DNA of 64,000 nucleotides from a virus. The position numbers and the translations under genes were made by a program. The notes under the pieces were generated by a model, which was not told where the DNA came from, did not search any database, and saw only the letters and a list, made by a program, of their open reading frames with translations. Below are positions 55,437 to 64,000 of the stretch, piece by piece (within the stretch, counting starts at the first letter, position 1; each line of letters starts with the position of its first letter). Location: the IMG/VR virus record IMGVR_UViG_3300020419_000004; one strand, 5' to 3'.

Positions 55437-57108
55437 TACTACAGATTTTTACTTAGGCAATCCCAATCTTAAGAAGGTTGGTGCTGAAATACAATTTACC
55501 AAGGAGCAGATATCCGAATACCTTAAGTGTAAAGAGGATCCTGTTTACTTTGCGATGAATTACATCAAGATTATATCTCTTGATGAAGGTATCGTGCCAT
55601 TTAAAATGTGGGACTTTCAACAGGAGTTGATCGAAAAGTTCCATAAGCACAGATTTAACATTGCAAAACTTCCTCGACAGACTGGTAAGTCCACTACGTG
55701 TGTGTCTTATCTACTTCACTATGTCTTGTTTAATGACAACGTGAACGTTGGTATTCTTGCCAACAAGTTATCTACTGCTAGAGACTTGCTCGGAAGATTA
55801 CAACTTGCTTATGAACAGCTGCCCATGTGGATGCAGCAAGGTATCATAACATATAACAAAGGATCAATGGAGTTAGAAAATGGATCTAAAATCTTGGCTG
55901 CGTCTACCTCTGCTAGTGCAGTCCGAGGTATGTCTTTCAACATTATTTTTTTGGATGAGTTTGCCTTTATACCTAATCATATTGCCGAACAGTTCTTTAG
56001 TTCTGTATATCCTACTATCACTTCAGGTACCAAGACGAAAGTCATAATCATTAGCACACCTAATGGTATGAACCACTTCTATAAGTTGTGGGTAGATGCA
56101 CAGAAGGGTAAAAATGGGTACGCATGGTCTGAAGTTCACTGGTCAAAAGTACCAGGCAGAGATGCTCAATGGAAGGAAACGACTATCGCAAACACTTCCG
56201 TAAGACAGTTCACTCAAGAGTTTGACTGCGAGTTCTTAGGATCTGTTGATACATTGATAGCAGCATCTAAGTTGAGAGTATTAGTCTACGATGACATAAT
56301 GACTAGCAATGCTGGTTTAGATGTATATGAAAATCCTGTAGACAACAACGATTATATTATATGTGTGGATGTATCTCGTGGTCTATCACAGGATTACTCT
56401 GCCTTTGTGGTTATCAATATATCTAAAGCACCGTGGAGACTGGTGGCAAAGTATAGGAACAATGAGATCAGACCTATGCTATTACCAAACGTTATCTACA
56501 ATGTAGCAAACAATTATAATAAAGCACACGTATTGATAGAAGTAAATGATATAGGAGAAGCAGTTGCTTCTAGTTTATTCTATGATGTCGAGTATGAAAA
56601 TGTACTGATGTGTGCTATGAGAGGTCGTGCAGGTCAGATAGTTGGACAAGGTTTCTCAGGTAATAAGACACAGATGGGTGTCAAGATGAGCAAGACAGTT
56701 AAGGCACAAGGATGCTCTAACTTAAAGACTTTGATAGAAGATGATAAATTAATTGTTAAGGATTACAACATAGTATCTGAACTAACTACCTTCATTCAAA
56801 ACAAACAATCATTTGAAGCAGACGAAGGATATCATGATGACCTTGTTATGTGTTTAGTCATCTTCTCATGGTTAGTGCAGCAAGAATACTTTAAAGAAAT
56901 GACGGATCAGGACATCCGTCGTAGAATATACGAAGAACAGAAGAACCAGATAGAACAAGACATGGCACCATTTGGTTTTATAGACGATGGATTGGAAGAT
57001 GAGATGATCAAAGACAGCGAGGGAAATATCTGGACTATTGATATGAATGAGAAAGAATACACCTTAGACGAGTATGGTGATAGGGCATTCATGTGGGACT
57101 ATCGCTGA
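55426..57108 (+). CDS. gp17: Terminase large subunit gp17
   Basis: 560 aa; Walker A RQTGKST, Walker B IIFLDEFAF, nuclease CVDVSRG and HDDLVM. Confidence 0.97.
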   Translation: MPTNTTDFYLGNPNLKKVGAEIQFTKEQISEYLKCKEDPVYFAMNYIKIISLDEGIVPFKMWDFQQELIEKFHKHRFNIAKLPRQTGKSTTCVSYLLHYVLFNDNVNVGILANKLSTARDLLGRLQLAYEQLPMWMQQGIITYNKGSMELENGSKILAASTSASAVRGMSFNIIFLDEFAFIPNHIAEQFFSSVYPTITSGTKTKVIIISTPNGMNHFYKLWVDAQKGKNGYAWSEVHWSKVPGRDAQWKETTIANTSVRQFTQEFDCEFLGSVDTLIAASKLRVLVYDDIMTSNAGLDVYENPVDNNDYIICVDVSRGLSQDYSAFVVINISKAPWRLVAKYRNNEIRPMLLPNVIYNVANNYNKAHVLIEVNDIGEAVASSLFYDVEYENVLMCAMRGRAGQIVGQGFSGNKTQMGVKMSKTVKAQGCSNLKTLIEDDKLIVKDYNIVSELTTFIQNKQSFEADEGYHDDLVMCLVIFSWLVQQEYFKEMTDQDIRRRIYEEQKNQIEQDMAPFGFIDDGLEDEMIKDSEGNIWTIDMNEKEYTLDEYGDRAFMWDYR

Positions 57109-57122
57109 AAGAGCTCCAATTT

Positions 57123-57129
57123 CTAAATA
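57123..57129 (+). promoter_or_regulatory. Late promoter variant CTAAATA
   Basis: Intergenic, upstream of an AGGAG RBS and gp18. Confidence 0.65.
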
Positions 57130-57168
57130 ACTATAGACAAAAATTGATTTATCATCAGGAGTACACGC

Positions 57169-59154
57169 ATGGCTAGCACGCTTCTATCGCCAGGAGTTGA
57201 GATCCAGGAAAGGGATCTGACTGTTGGGTCGATTGAGACGGTTGAAGTAAACGTTGGGGCAATAGCAGGATCATTTGCAAAAGGACCTGTTCTTACACCC
57301 GTTCGTATATCAAACGAATCTCAACTCATTGAAATCTTTGGAGAACCATCTGACTCTAACGCAGAAACATGGTGGACTGCAGCAAGTTTCCTATCTTACG
57401 GTGGAGTACTTGACGTAGTTCGTTGTGCAACATCTGGACAGTTAAGTGCATCAGACGACAGTGCAACATCTCCATATCTTCTTTCTATTACTACTAAAGA
57501 AGTATACGAAGCAACATATTTCACAGCAGCAGCAAACCCATTCCACTACGCAGCAAGAGATGTTGGTGCAGACGGAAATGCAATAAGGGTTGGGGTAATT
57601 GATAAGGGAGCAGACGTTTCCTTAAAACTAGATGGTGCTTTAGGCACTGCTACAGTTGGTACACAAGTACAGAATACAGCTGGAACTAAATCGGGTTACA
57701 TCTATGCGTGGGATGGTGGCACGAATACAGTTTCACTAATTTCTTCTGACACATGGACAACAGCAGACATCGTTGAGAATGGTGTAAGTGACTTAAACAT
57801 CACAACAGTTTCTGACTGGTATGATGGACAGGATGTATTTACAGGACTTAAGTGGTCTTCTATTGCTCCTAGACCTGGCACTTCACCTTACGTCGCAGCA
57901 CGTGGCGGTTCAAGTGATGAAATGCATGTTGCAGTTTGGGATGCTACTGGTGCTATCACTGGTTCACCAAACACTTTACTTGAGAAGTTTACATATGTTT
58001 CTAAAGCAAACAATGCTAAAACAACTCAAGGTGCAGGTAACTATTACCCACAGGTTGTACTTGACAAGAGTGCATTTGTTTACTGGGGTGCTCACGAAAC
58101 ATCAGTATATGATGTAAGTGGTAACCAAGCAGCTACTGGTGGTAACATCGCAGGTACTGGTAATGCAGGTAGTCCAAGTACAACAACATTTGACTTGTTC
58201 TCTGGTCCTACTAGCTACACTATGGCGAAAGGTGCTGAAACTGGAAGTGCATCTTCTGGAGAAATTATCACTGGACTTCAAGAGTTCGCTGATACTGAAA
58301 CAGTTTCAATAGATTATCTAATTGCTGGTCCTGGTGACGCAGCAAGCAAAACCAATACTCAGGCAATCGGTGCTGCAGTATTAACAATCACTTCAAACAG
58401 AAAGGATTGTGTTGGTTTCTTATCTCCTTTCAGAGGAGACGTTGTTGGAGTTACAAGCTCCATGACACAAACACAAAACGTAGTTGACTACTACTCAGGT
58501 ATGCAAGCAACATCATTCGGTGTGTTTGATAATACATGGAAGTATGTCTACGACAGATTTGCTGACAAGTATAGATACATTCCATGTAACGGAGACGTTG
58601 CAGGATTATGTGCTGCTACTACAGCAAACGGATTACCTTGGTTCTCACCAGCAGGTTTAAACCGTGGTGCAATTAAGAATGCTGTTAAACTAGCATACTC
58701 ACCAACCAAATCCGAAAGAGATTCATTGTATCAGAAGAGAATTAATCCTATAACCAGTCTACCTGGTCAAGGCATAGTTCTATTCGGTGACAAAACAGCT
58801 CTCGCTTCACCATCTGCATTTGATCGCATCAACGTTCGTCGTCTTTTCAACGTGATAGAGAAGACAATCGGCAACGCTGCGAAGGGAGTACTCTTTGAAC
58901 TTAATGACGAATTCACTAGAAACAACTTTAAGAATGTTGTTGAACCATACCTTAGAGGTGTACAAGCCGAAAGAGGTATCACAGATTTCTTAGTTGTATG
59001 TGATGACACCAATAATCCTGGTTCAGTCATTGACGCGAACGAATTTAAGGCAGATTTCTATATCAAGCCTGCACGTTCAATCAACTTTATCACATTGACA
59101 TTCATTGCTACACGCACTGGCGTTAGTTTTGAAGAAGTCATCCCCCGCAGATAA
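57169..59154 (+). CDS. gp18: Tail sheath protein gp18
   Basis: 661 aa; LLSPGVEIQERDLT, WFSPAGLNRG, SAFDRINVRRLF, KPARSINFI. Confidence 0.97.
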   Translation: MASTLLSPGVEIQERDLTVGSIETVEVNVGAIAGSFAKGPVLTPVRISNESQLIEIFGEPSDSNAETWWTAASFLSYGGVLDVVRCATSGQLSASDDSATSPYLLSITTKEVYEATYFTAAANPFHYAARDVGADGNAIRVGVIDKGADVSLKLDGALGTATVGTQVQNTAGTKSGYIYAWDGGTNTVSLISSDTWTTADIVENGVSDLNITTVSDWYDGQDVFTGLKWSSIAPRPGTSPYVAARGGSSDEMHVAVWDATGAITGSPNTLLEKFTYVSKANNAKTTQGAGNYYPQVVLDKSAFVYWGAHETSVYDVSGNQAATGGNIAGTGNAGSPSTTTFDLFSGPTSYTMAKGAETGSASSGEIITGLQEFADTETVSIDYLIAGPGDAASKTNTQAIGAAVLTITSNRKDCVGFLSPFRGDVVGVTSSMTQTQNVVDYYSGMQATSFGVFDNTWKYVYDRFADKYRYIPCNGDVAGLCAATTANGLPWFSPAGLNRGAIKNAVKLAYSPTKSERDSLYQKRINPITSLPGQGIVLFGDKTALASPSAFDRINVRRLFNVIEKTIGNAAKGVLFELNDEFTRNNFKNVVEPYLRGVQAERGITDFLVVCDDTNNPGSVIDANEFKADFYIKPARSINFITLTFIATRTGVSFEEVIPRR

Positions 59155-59173
59155 TTAACGGAGCACATTAACA

Positions 59174-59779
59174 ATGGCAACCCCACTAGGTATTTTAGAA
59201 TTCCAAAGAGCGATTAGAGGTGGTGTACGACCTAACCTCTTCTCAGTAGCCCACGCTTGGCCACAAGGCACAGCTTTATCAGAACCCGTCATCGACGGAG
59301 TAGCAGCATCCAAAGGATCTGCTGTTACATACATGTGTAAGTCTGCTGCTTTACCAGCAACCAACGTTGGAACAGTTGAACTTCCCTTCCGTGGACGTGT
59401 TATTAAAGTTCCTGGCGACAGAACTTATGAAACATGGACAGGTACATTCTATATGGATGATGCATTCGCACTAAGAAGTGCTTATGAGAAGTGGATCCAA
59501 CTTACTAATGACGTTGAAGCTAACACTGCAAACTCTGATATTGTGGACACATGGGTAGACATCCAAGTCACACAACTAGACAAGTTTGGTGGTGACGGTG
59601 CTGCAGATGGAAAACTAACAGAATTAAGACAGTACAATTTAGTCAGTGCTTGGCCTGTAAGTGTATCACAAGTATCACTTGCATACGACAACAACGATTC
59701 ATACGAAGAGTTTGATGTTGAGTTTGCTTATCAGTACCATACAAGTTCTGGTGGCAAAAACAAGAATAACGTCGTTTAG
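59174..59779 (+). CDS. gp19: Tail tube protein gp19
   Basis: 201 aa; RPNLF, ELPFRGRVIKVPGDRTYETW, EFDVEFAYQY. Confidence 0.95.
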   Translation: MATPLGILEFQRAIRGGVRPNLFSVAHAWPQGTALSEPVIDGVAASKGSAVTYMCKSAALPATNVGTVELPFRGRVIKVPGDRTYETWTGTFYMDDAFALRSAYEKWIQLTNDVEANTANSDIVDTWVDIQVTQLDKFGGDGAADGKLTELRQYNLVSAWPVSVSQVSLAYDNNDSYEEFDVEFAYQYHTSSGGKNKNNVV

Positions 59780-59786
59780 AAAGTCA

Positions 59787-59794
59787 ACTAAATA
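59787..59794 (+). promoter_or_regulatory. Late promoter variant ACTAAATA
   Basis: Intergenic, 24 nt before the gp20 ATG. Confidence 0.65.
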
Positions 59795-59818
59795 GTCAGG
59801 TAAAGAAACCCAAATATT

Positions 59819-61453
59819 ATGGCAGAGTTATTCGGTTTCTCGTTTAAGAAGCAAAAGATTAAGGAGCGTGCCCCGTCTCCTATCCAACCTTCTAGCGAGG
59901 ACGGAGCTACTAGTTATATTGCAGGAGGTTACTATGGTCAATATCTTGACCTAGACGGTAACTTCAAAACTGAATATGACATGGTGAAGAAGTATCGGGA
60001 AATGGCGATGCATCCAGAAGTGGATTCCGCCATCGAAGATATTATACATGAAGCAATAGTTGCTGATCAAAATGATAGTCCTGTAGAAGTTAACCTTGAT
60101 AACCTTGAGGTTAGTGATTCTGTAAAAGGAATGATACGTGACGAGTTCGATTATATTAAAAACTTATTTGGATTTGATGGCAAAGCCCATGAGATGTTCC
60201 GCAGATGGTACATTGATGGGCGTTTGTACTATCATAAGGTCATTGATTTAGATGCACCACAAGACGGTATTAAAGAAGTCAGATATATTGATCCATCAAA
60301 GATTAAGAAAGTAAGACAGATAACAAAACCCAAGACAGCAGATGAATTTATGAAGTATGACTTCGGATCATCTGAGGAATATTTCATATACAATCCAAAA
60401 GGATTGAACAATACTTCCGCGAATAGTGGTATCAAGATTGCCAAAGATGCTATCACTTACGTGACAAGTGGTATCATGGACACCAATAGAAATATTGTAT
60501 TGTCCTATTTGCACAAAGGAATTAAAGTACTCAATCAACTTAGAATGATCGAGGACAGTCTAGTTATATACAGAATATCAAGAGCACCAGAGCGTAGAAT
60601 ATTTTATATTGACGTAGGTAACCTACCTAAAGTTAAGGCAGAACAATACTTACGTGAAGTTATGGGAAGGTATCGTAACAAATTAGTATACGATGCTGCC
60701 ACTGGAGAGATCAGAGACGACAGAAAATACATGTCAATGATGGAAGATTTCTGGTTACCACGTAGAGAAGGGGGTAGAGGTACTGAAATTACTACACTTC
60801 CTGGTGGTCAGAACCTTGGAGAGCTTACAGACGTGCAATATTTCCAAACAAAACTTTACAAAGCGTTAAATGTTCCAGCTGGTCGTTTGGAATCAGGGCA
60901 AGCATTTAACATTGGAAGGTCATCTGAGATCACTAGAGATGAATTGAAGTTCACTAAGTTTGTGGGTAAACTCCGCAAGAAGTTTAGTGATATCTTTAAT
61001 GATACTCTAAAGACCCAGTTAATCCTGAAGAGTGTCATCACTCCTGAAGACTGGGATGAGATGAAGGAGCATATCCAGTATGACTATCTCTATGATAATC
61101 ATTTCACGGAGCTAAAGAACCTAGAGATGATGACAGAGCAACTCAATGTCATTGGTCTTATGGATCCTTATGTTGGTAAGTACTTCTCTATAGATTATAT
61201 TCGTCAGAATGTTCTTGGTCAAACCGAGAGACAAATTGAAGACATGGATCTTCAGATCGCAGATGATATAGAATCAGGTAGAGCAATCAATCCAACAGAT
61301 CTAGTATCTGCAGATCAACAGCAGTTAGATGCAGAGACTGATAATATAGAGCTCGATCAGGAAGTTAAGAAAGCTCAAATTGCTAGTCAAAAATCAAAAG
61401 CCGCGGCCGATCAACAGAAATCTGTTGCTCCAAAACCTAAAGCTGATAAATAA
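59819..61453 (+). CDS. gp20: Portal vertex protein gp20
   Basis: 544 aa; RAPERRIFYIDVGNLPKVKAEQYL, EDFWLPRREGGRGTEITTLPGGQNLG. Confidence 0.97.
   Translation: MAELFGFSFKKQKIKERAPSPIQPSSEDGATSYIAGGYYGQYLDLDGNFKTEYDMVKKYREMAMHPEVDSAIEDIIHEAIVADQNDSPVEVNLDNLEVSDSVKGMIRDEFDYIKNLFGFDGKAHEMFRRWYIDGRLYYHKVIDLDAPQDGIKEVRYIDPSKIKKVRQITKPKTADEFMKYDFGSSEEYFIYNPKGLNNTSANSGIKIAKDAITYVTSGIMDTNRNIVLSYLHKGIKVLNQLRMIEDSLVIYRISRAPERRIFYIDVGNLPKVKAEQYLREVMGRYRNKLVYDAATGEIRDDRKYMSMMEDFWLPRREGGRGTEITTLPGGQNLGELTDVQYFQTKLYKALNVPAGRLESGQAFNIGRSSEITRDELKFTKFVGKLRKKFSDIFNDTLKTQLILKSVITPEDWDEMKEHIQYDYLYDNHFTELKNLEMMTEQLNVIGLMDPYVGKYFSIDYIRQNVLGQTERQIEDMDLQIADDIESGRAINPTDLVSADQQQLDAETDNIELDQEVKKAQIASQKSKAAADQQKSVAPKPKADK
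61446..61452 (+). promoter_or_regulatory. Late promoter-like ATAAATA
   Basis: Overlaps the gp20 stop, 21 nt before ATG 61474. Confidence 0.6.
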
Positions 61454-61473
61454 ATTACAGACAACGTTACATT

Positions 61474-61764
61474 ATGGCAACACAAGAACGAGAAATCGTT
61501 GATTTACTTTGGGACAATGATAGGGCAGATGCCTTAGACAAACTCAAAGATATGCTACAAGTGAAAGCTGCTGCTGCAGTGGACACAAGTAAATTGGACA
61601 TTGCGAACAAAATGTTTCCGCACGTCCCTGATGATGGCAAACCAACTGGATTACCTCCAGAGGGAGAAGCATCAGAAGATGAAACTGCGGAAGTAATCAA
61701 CCGCAATGCTGAAAACGAATCAGAGGAAAACGATGATGAGACTGATAACGGAACAGAACAATGA
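61474..61764 (+). CDS. Small acidic protein at the prohead-core (gp67/gp68) position
   Basis: 96 aa between gp20 and gp21; functional call by synteny only. Confidence 0.65.
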   Translation: MATQEREIVDLLWDNDRADALDKLKDMLQVKAAAAVDTSKLDIANKMFPHVPDDGKPTGLPPEGEASEDETAEVINRNAENESEENDDETDNGTEQ

Positions 61765-62383
61765 TATAGAAGTTCTTACCGAAGACAAAGACGGTAAGAA
61801 GTCAACTTATATCAAAGGTATCTTCCTACAGACTGAGATCACCAACCGTAATGGTAGAATGTACAAGTTCGATACCATGAACCGTGAGGTGGGAAAGTAC
61901 AACGAAGAGTTCATCCAACGCGGGAGAGCACTTGGTGAGTTAGGTCATCCAGAAGGTCCTACCGTTAACTTAGATCGTGTTTCACACAAGATCGTTGAAC
62001 TTTACCCTGAAGGTAGAAACTTCATAGGTAAGGCAAAGTTGTTAGAAACCCCTATGGGTAAGATCGCAAAGAACTTGCTTGAGGAAGGGGTACAACTCGG
62101 TGTTTCTTCACGCGGGTTAGGTTCTCTTAAAAAAGAGGGCACAACCAGTATAGTCGCCGATGACTTCATTCTTTCTACTGCTGCTGATATAGTAGCAGAC
62201 CCCTCCGCACCTGATGCTTTTGTTGAAGGTATTATGGAAGGTAAAGAATGGGCTTTAGTCGATGGTAAGATTAAAGAAGCACAAATCGAGGCTATCAAGG
62301 CATCCCTTGATAATGCACCCTCACCCCAAGAACTTGCTGAGAGGAAGGTCGCCGCGTTCGACGCATTTCTCAGAAGTTTGTGA
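61733..62383 (+). CDS. gp21: Prohead protease gp21 (start revised to ATG 61733 or 61736)
   Basis: MMRLITE start after GAGGA; ALGELGHP (His) and LGVSSRG (Ser); DIVADPSAPDAFV. Confidence 0.95.
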   Translation: MMRLITEQNNDIEVLTEDKDGKKSTYIKGIFLQTEITNRNGRMYKFDTMNREVGKYNEEFIQRGRALGELGHPEGPTVNLDRVSHKIVELYPEGRNFIGKAKLLETPMGKIAKNLLEEGVQLGVSSRGLGSLKKEGTTSIVADDFILSTAADIVADPSAPDAFVEGIMEGKEWALVDGKIKEAQIEAIKASLDNAPSPQELAERKVAAFDAFLRSL

Positions 62384-62385
62384 TT

Positions 62386-62393
62386 TATAAATA
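62386..62393 (+). promoter_or_regulatory. T4-type late promoter TATAAATA
   Basis: Exact consensus, intergenic, before an AGGAG RBS and gp22. Confidence 0.8.
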
Positions 62394-62440
62394 AATTATA
62401 GATTTATACACTAGTTTAAAATCCCGTAGGAGTACAAGTA

Positions 62441-63499
62441 ATGTCTACTATTGATGAAAAATTCCAAAAGGTGATCGCTGACAAGAAAGCATCTCCTGAA
62501 GGAACTATTAAGGAAGACGCAGCAGTTGGCGACGCAGCCATCAAAAAAGGTGCGGTTCCAGCACAACAATCTGACCTTAAGAACGATGCTATTGAAGTAG
62601 GCGGTTCTACAAAGGAGAAACCAGAAGGACCTGACAACGTAGGTGCGAAAGCAGCTGCTCCTGTGGGTGCTACAAAAGATTCTACACTCAAGACGAAGCC
62701 AAGTGGAGCTTCATCAGCAATGCCTGGTGGACTTTCTGCTAAGATCTTTGATGATGTAGAGAAAGAAGGAGAGACAATCTCCGAAGAAGGAGTCAACGAA
62801 GACATCAAGGCAATACTGTCTGGTGCGGATCTTGACGAAGAATTCACTAAGAAAGCAACAACTGTATTTGAAGCTGCTGTATCTGCAAAGGTATCAGACA
62901 AAGTTGAAGCACTTAAGGAAACTGCAGAACGCAGGATTGGCGAAGAACTCGAAGGAATTAAAGAGGAATTTGCTGGTCGTATAGAGAATTTCCTCTCATA
63001 TGCTTGTGAAGAGTGGATGACTGAGAACGAACTTGCTATCGAAGCAGGTCTACGTGCTGAAGTCACCGAAGCATTTATGGGTGGATTAAAGAATTTGTTC
63101 ATTGAAAGCAACATCAATCTTCCAGACGAGAGTCTAGATGCGGTTGCAGACATGAGCAATAAATTAGATGAAATGGAGACCCGACTCAACGATCAAGTTG
63201 AGAAAAACATTGGACTGCATGAGAAGGTAGCAACCTACAGAAAGAATGAGATTTTGACAGAACTATCCAGAGGACTTGCAGAAGTTCAGAAGGATAAGTT
63301 TACCTCTCTAGCTGAAGCAGTCGAATTCAAAAACGAAGAGTCGTATCGTGAAAAGCTTGGACAAATCAAAGAGAGTTACTTCGGAGCGAAAGCACCTGAG
63401 GTAGCAGAAGAAATCTCTTCTGAAGAACCCAAAGCTAAAGTTGAAGCCATTAGCGAAAGCATGTCTTCGTATGTCGAACAGCTAGCTAAAAGGCTATAA
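62441..63499 (+). CDS. gp22: Prohead core scaffold gp22
   Basis: 352 aa, acidic and helical; FTKKATTVFEAAV, EEWMTENELAIEAGL, YREKLGQIKESYF. Confidence 0.92.
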   Translation: MSTIDEKFQKVIADKKASPEGTIKEDAAVGDAAIKKGAVPAQQSDLKNDAIEVGGSTKEKPEGPDNVGAKAAAPVGATKDSTLKTKPSGASSAMPGGLSAKIFDDVEKEGETISEEGVNEDIKAILSGADLDEEFTKKATTVFEAAVSAKVSDKVEALKETAERRIGEELEGIKEEFAGRIENFLSYACEEWMTENELAIEAGLRAEVTEAFMGGLKNLFIESNINLPDESLDAVADMSNKLDEMETRLNDQVEKNIGLHEKVATYRKNEILTELSRGLAEVQKDKFTSLAEAVEFKNEESYREKLGQIKESYFGAKAPEVAEEISSEEPKAKVEAISESMSSYVEQLAKRL

Positions 63500-63538
63500 C
63501 GACTGTAAACACTAACTCAAGAACGGAGTAAATCTAGC

Positions 63539-64000
63539 ATGTTTAATGCAGAAAATCTCCAAGAGAAGTGGGCACCAGTACTTAACCATGATGGTCTTCC
63601 TGAAATCAAGGACAACTATCGTAAGTCTGTTACCGCAATTCTCTTGGAAAACCAAGAGCGTGCTCTACAAGAAGAGCGTAACGTTCTAACAGAGGCACCA
63701 ACAAACGTTGGTCCTATCAACACACAGACAACTGGAGCAGGTGCTGTATATGGTTTCGACCCTATACTTATCAGCTTAATCCGTCGTGCTATGCCTAAGC
63801 TTATTGCTTATGACATCGCAGGCGTACAACCTATGTCTGGTCCTACTGGTCTTATCTTCGCGATGAGAAGTAGATATACAAATCAAACTGGTAACGAAGC
63901 ATTCTTCGATGAGCCAGATGCACAGTTCTCTGGTACTAAAGGTGGAACTCCTCCTACAGCTACTACTGAGAAGAACCCAGGTCTTATCAACGACGCTTCT
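63539..64000 (+). CDS. gp23: Major capsid protein gp23, 3'-truncated (not in ORF track)
   Basis: MFNAENLQEKWAPVLNH...AILLENQE...FDPILISLIRRAMPKLIAYDIAGVQPMSGPTGLIFAMRSRY; open to the window end. Confidence 0.97.
   Translation, partial: MFNAENLQEKWAPVLNHDGLPEIKDNYRKSVTAILLENQERALQEERNVLTEAPTNVGPINTQTTGAGAVYGFDPILISLIRRAMPKLIAYDIAGVQPMSGPTGLIFAMRSRYTNQTGNEAFFDEPDAQFSGTKGGTPPTATTEKNPGLINDAS

Noticed and set aside
55426-61453. Introns, inteins or homing endonucleases in gp17, gp18 or gp20
   Set aside because: All are uninterrupted and of ordinary length; no HNH, GIY-YIG, LAGLIDADG or intein motifs were seen.
40062-61732. ORF-track start codons at 40062, 53727, 54115 and 61706
   Set aside because: Downstream ATGs (40110, 53766, 54184, 61733/61736) fit coupling, RBS or known N-termini better.
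847-63189. Numerous minus-strand and short alternate-frame ORFs in the track (e.g. 62416-63189, 52256-52723, 9768-10190)
   Set aside because: All lie within long + strand genes, show no recognisable motifs or RBS, and are expected shadows of biased codon use.
1-64000. tRNA, rRNA or other structured RNA genes
   Set aside because: Intergenic gaps are almost all under 100 nt and are occupied by promoters, RBSs or one terminator; no cloverleaf was seen. A tRNAscan/Infernal run would be decisive.

Overview
This is the virion-morphogenesis region of a T4-like marine myophage, most likely a cyanomyovirus (assigned from gene order and protein motifs, with no database search). All credible genes are on the + strand. 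The window opens inside a giant gp7-like baseplate gene, followed by gp8 and a VrlC/DUF4815-like protein. About 36 kb of fibre, adhesin, chaperone and accessory genes come next, including 2448-aa and 4202-aa giants and an 1833-aa subtilisin-Ig protein. The core block gp13-14-15-16-17-18-19-20-(core)-21-22-23 follows, with gp23 truncated by the window end. T4-type late promoters (TATAAATA and variants) punctuate the region, and there is one clear terminator. Most notable: (1) A ~100-aa YPRxxDP/HTF domain is arranged as balanced, nested insertions (depth about 6 in gp7) and as a circularly permuted cassette in the 4202-aa fibre. (2) An apparently late, tightly coupled unit joins receptor-binding tips and chaperones to a U32-family (Fe-S hydroxylase-like)/SAM-methyltransferase fusion, a 25-aa membrane peptide missed by the ORF track, and a 2OG-Fe(II) oxygenase. 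This is a candidate phage-encoded hydroxylation/methylation system. (3) Three cupredoxin-like domains with complete type-1 copper ligand sets sit in putative virion proteins. (4) A subtilisin-Ig protein occupies the fibritin (wac) position. No tRNA, CRISPR, intron, intein or mobile element was recognised.
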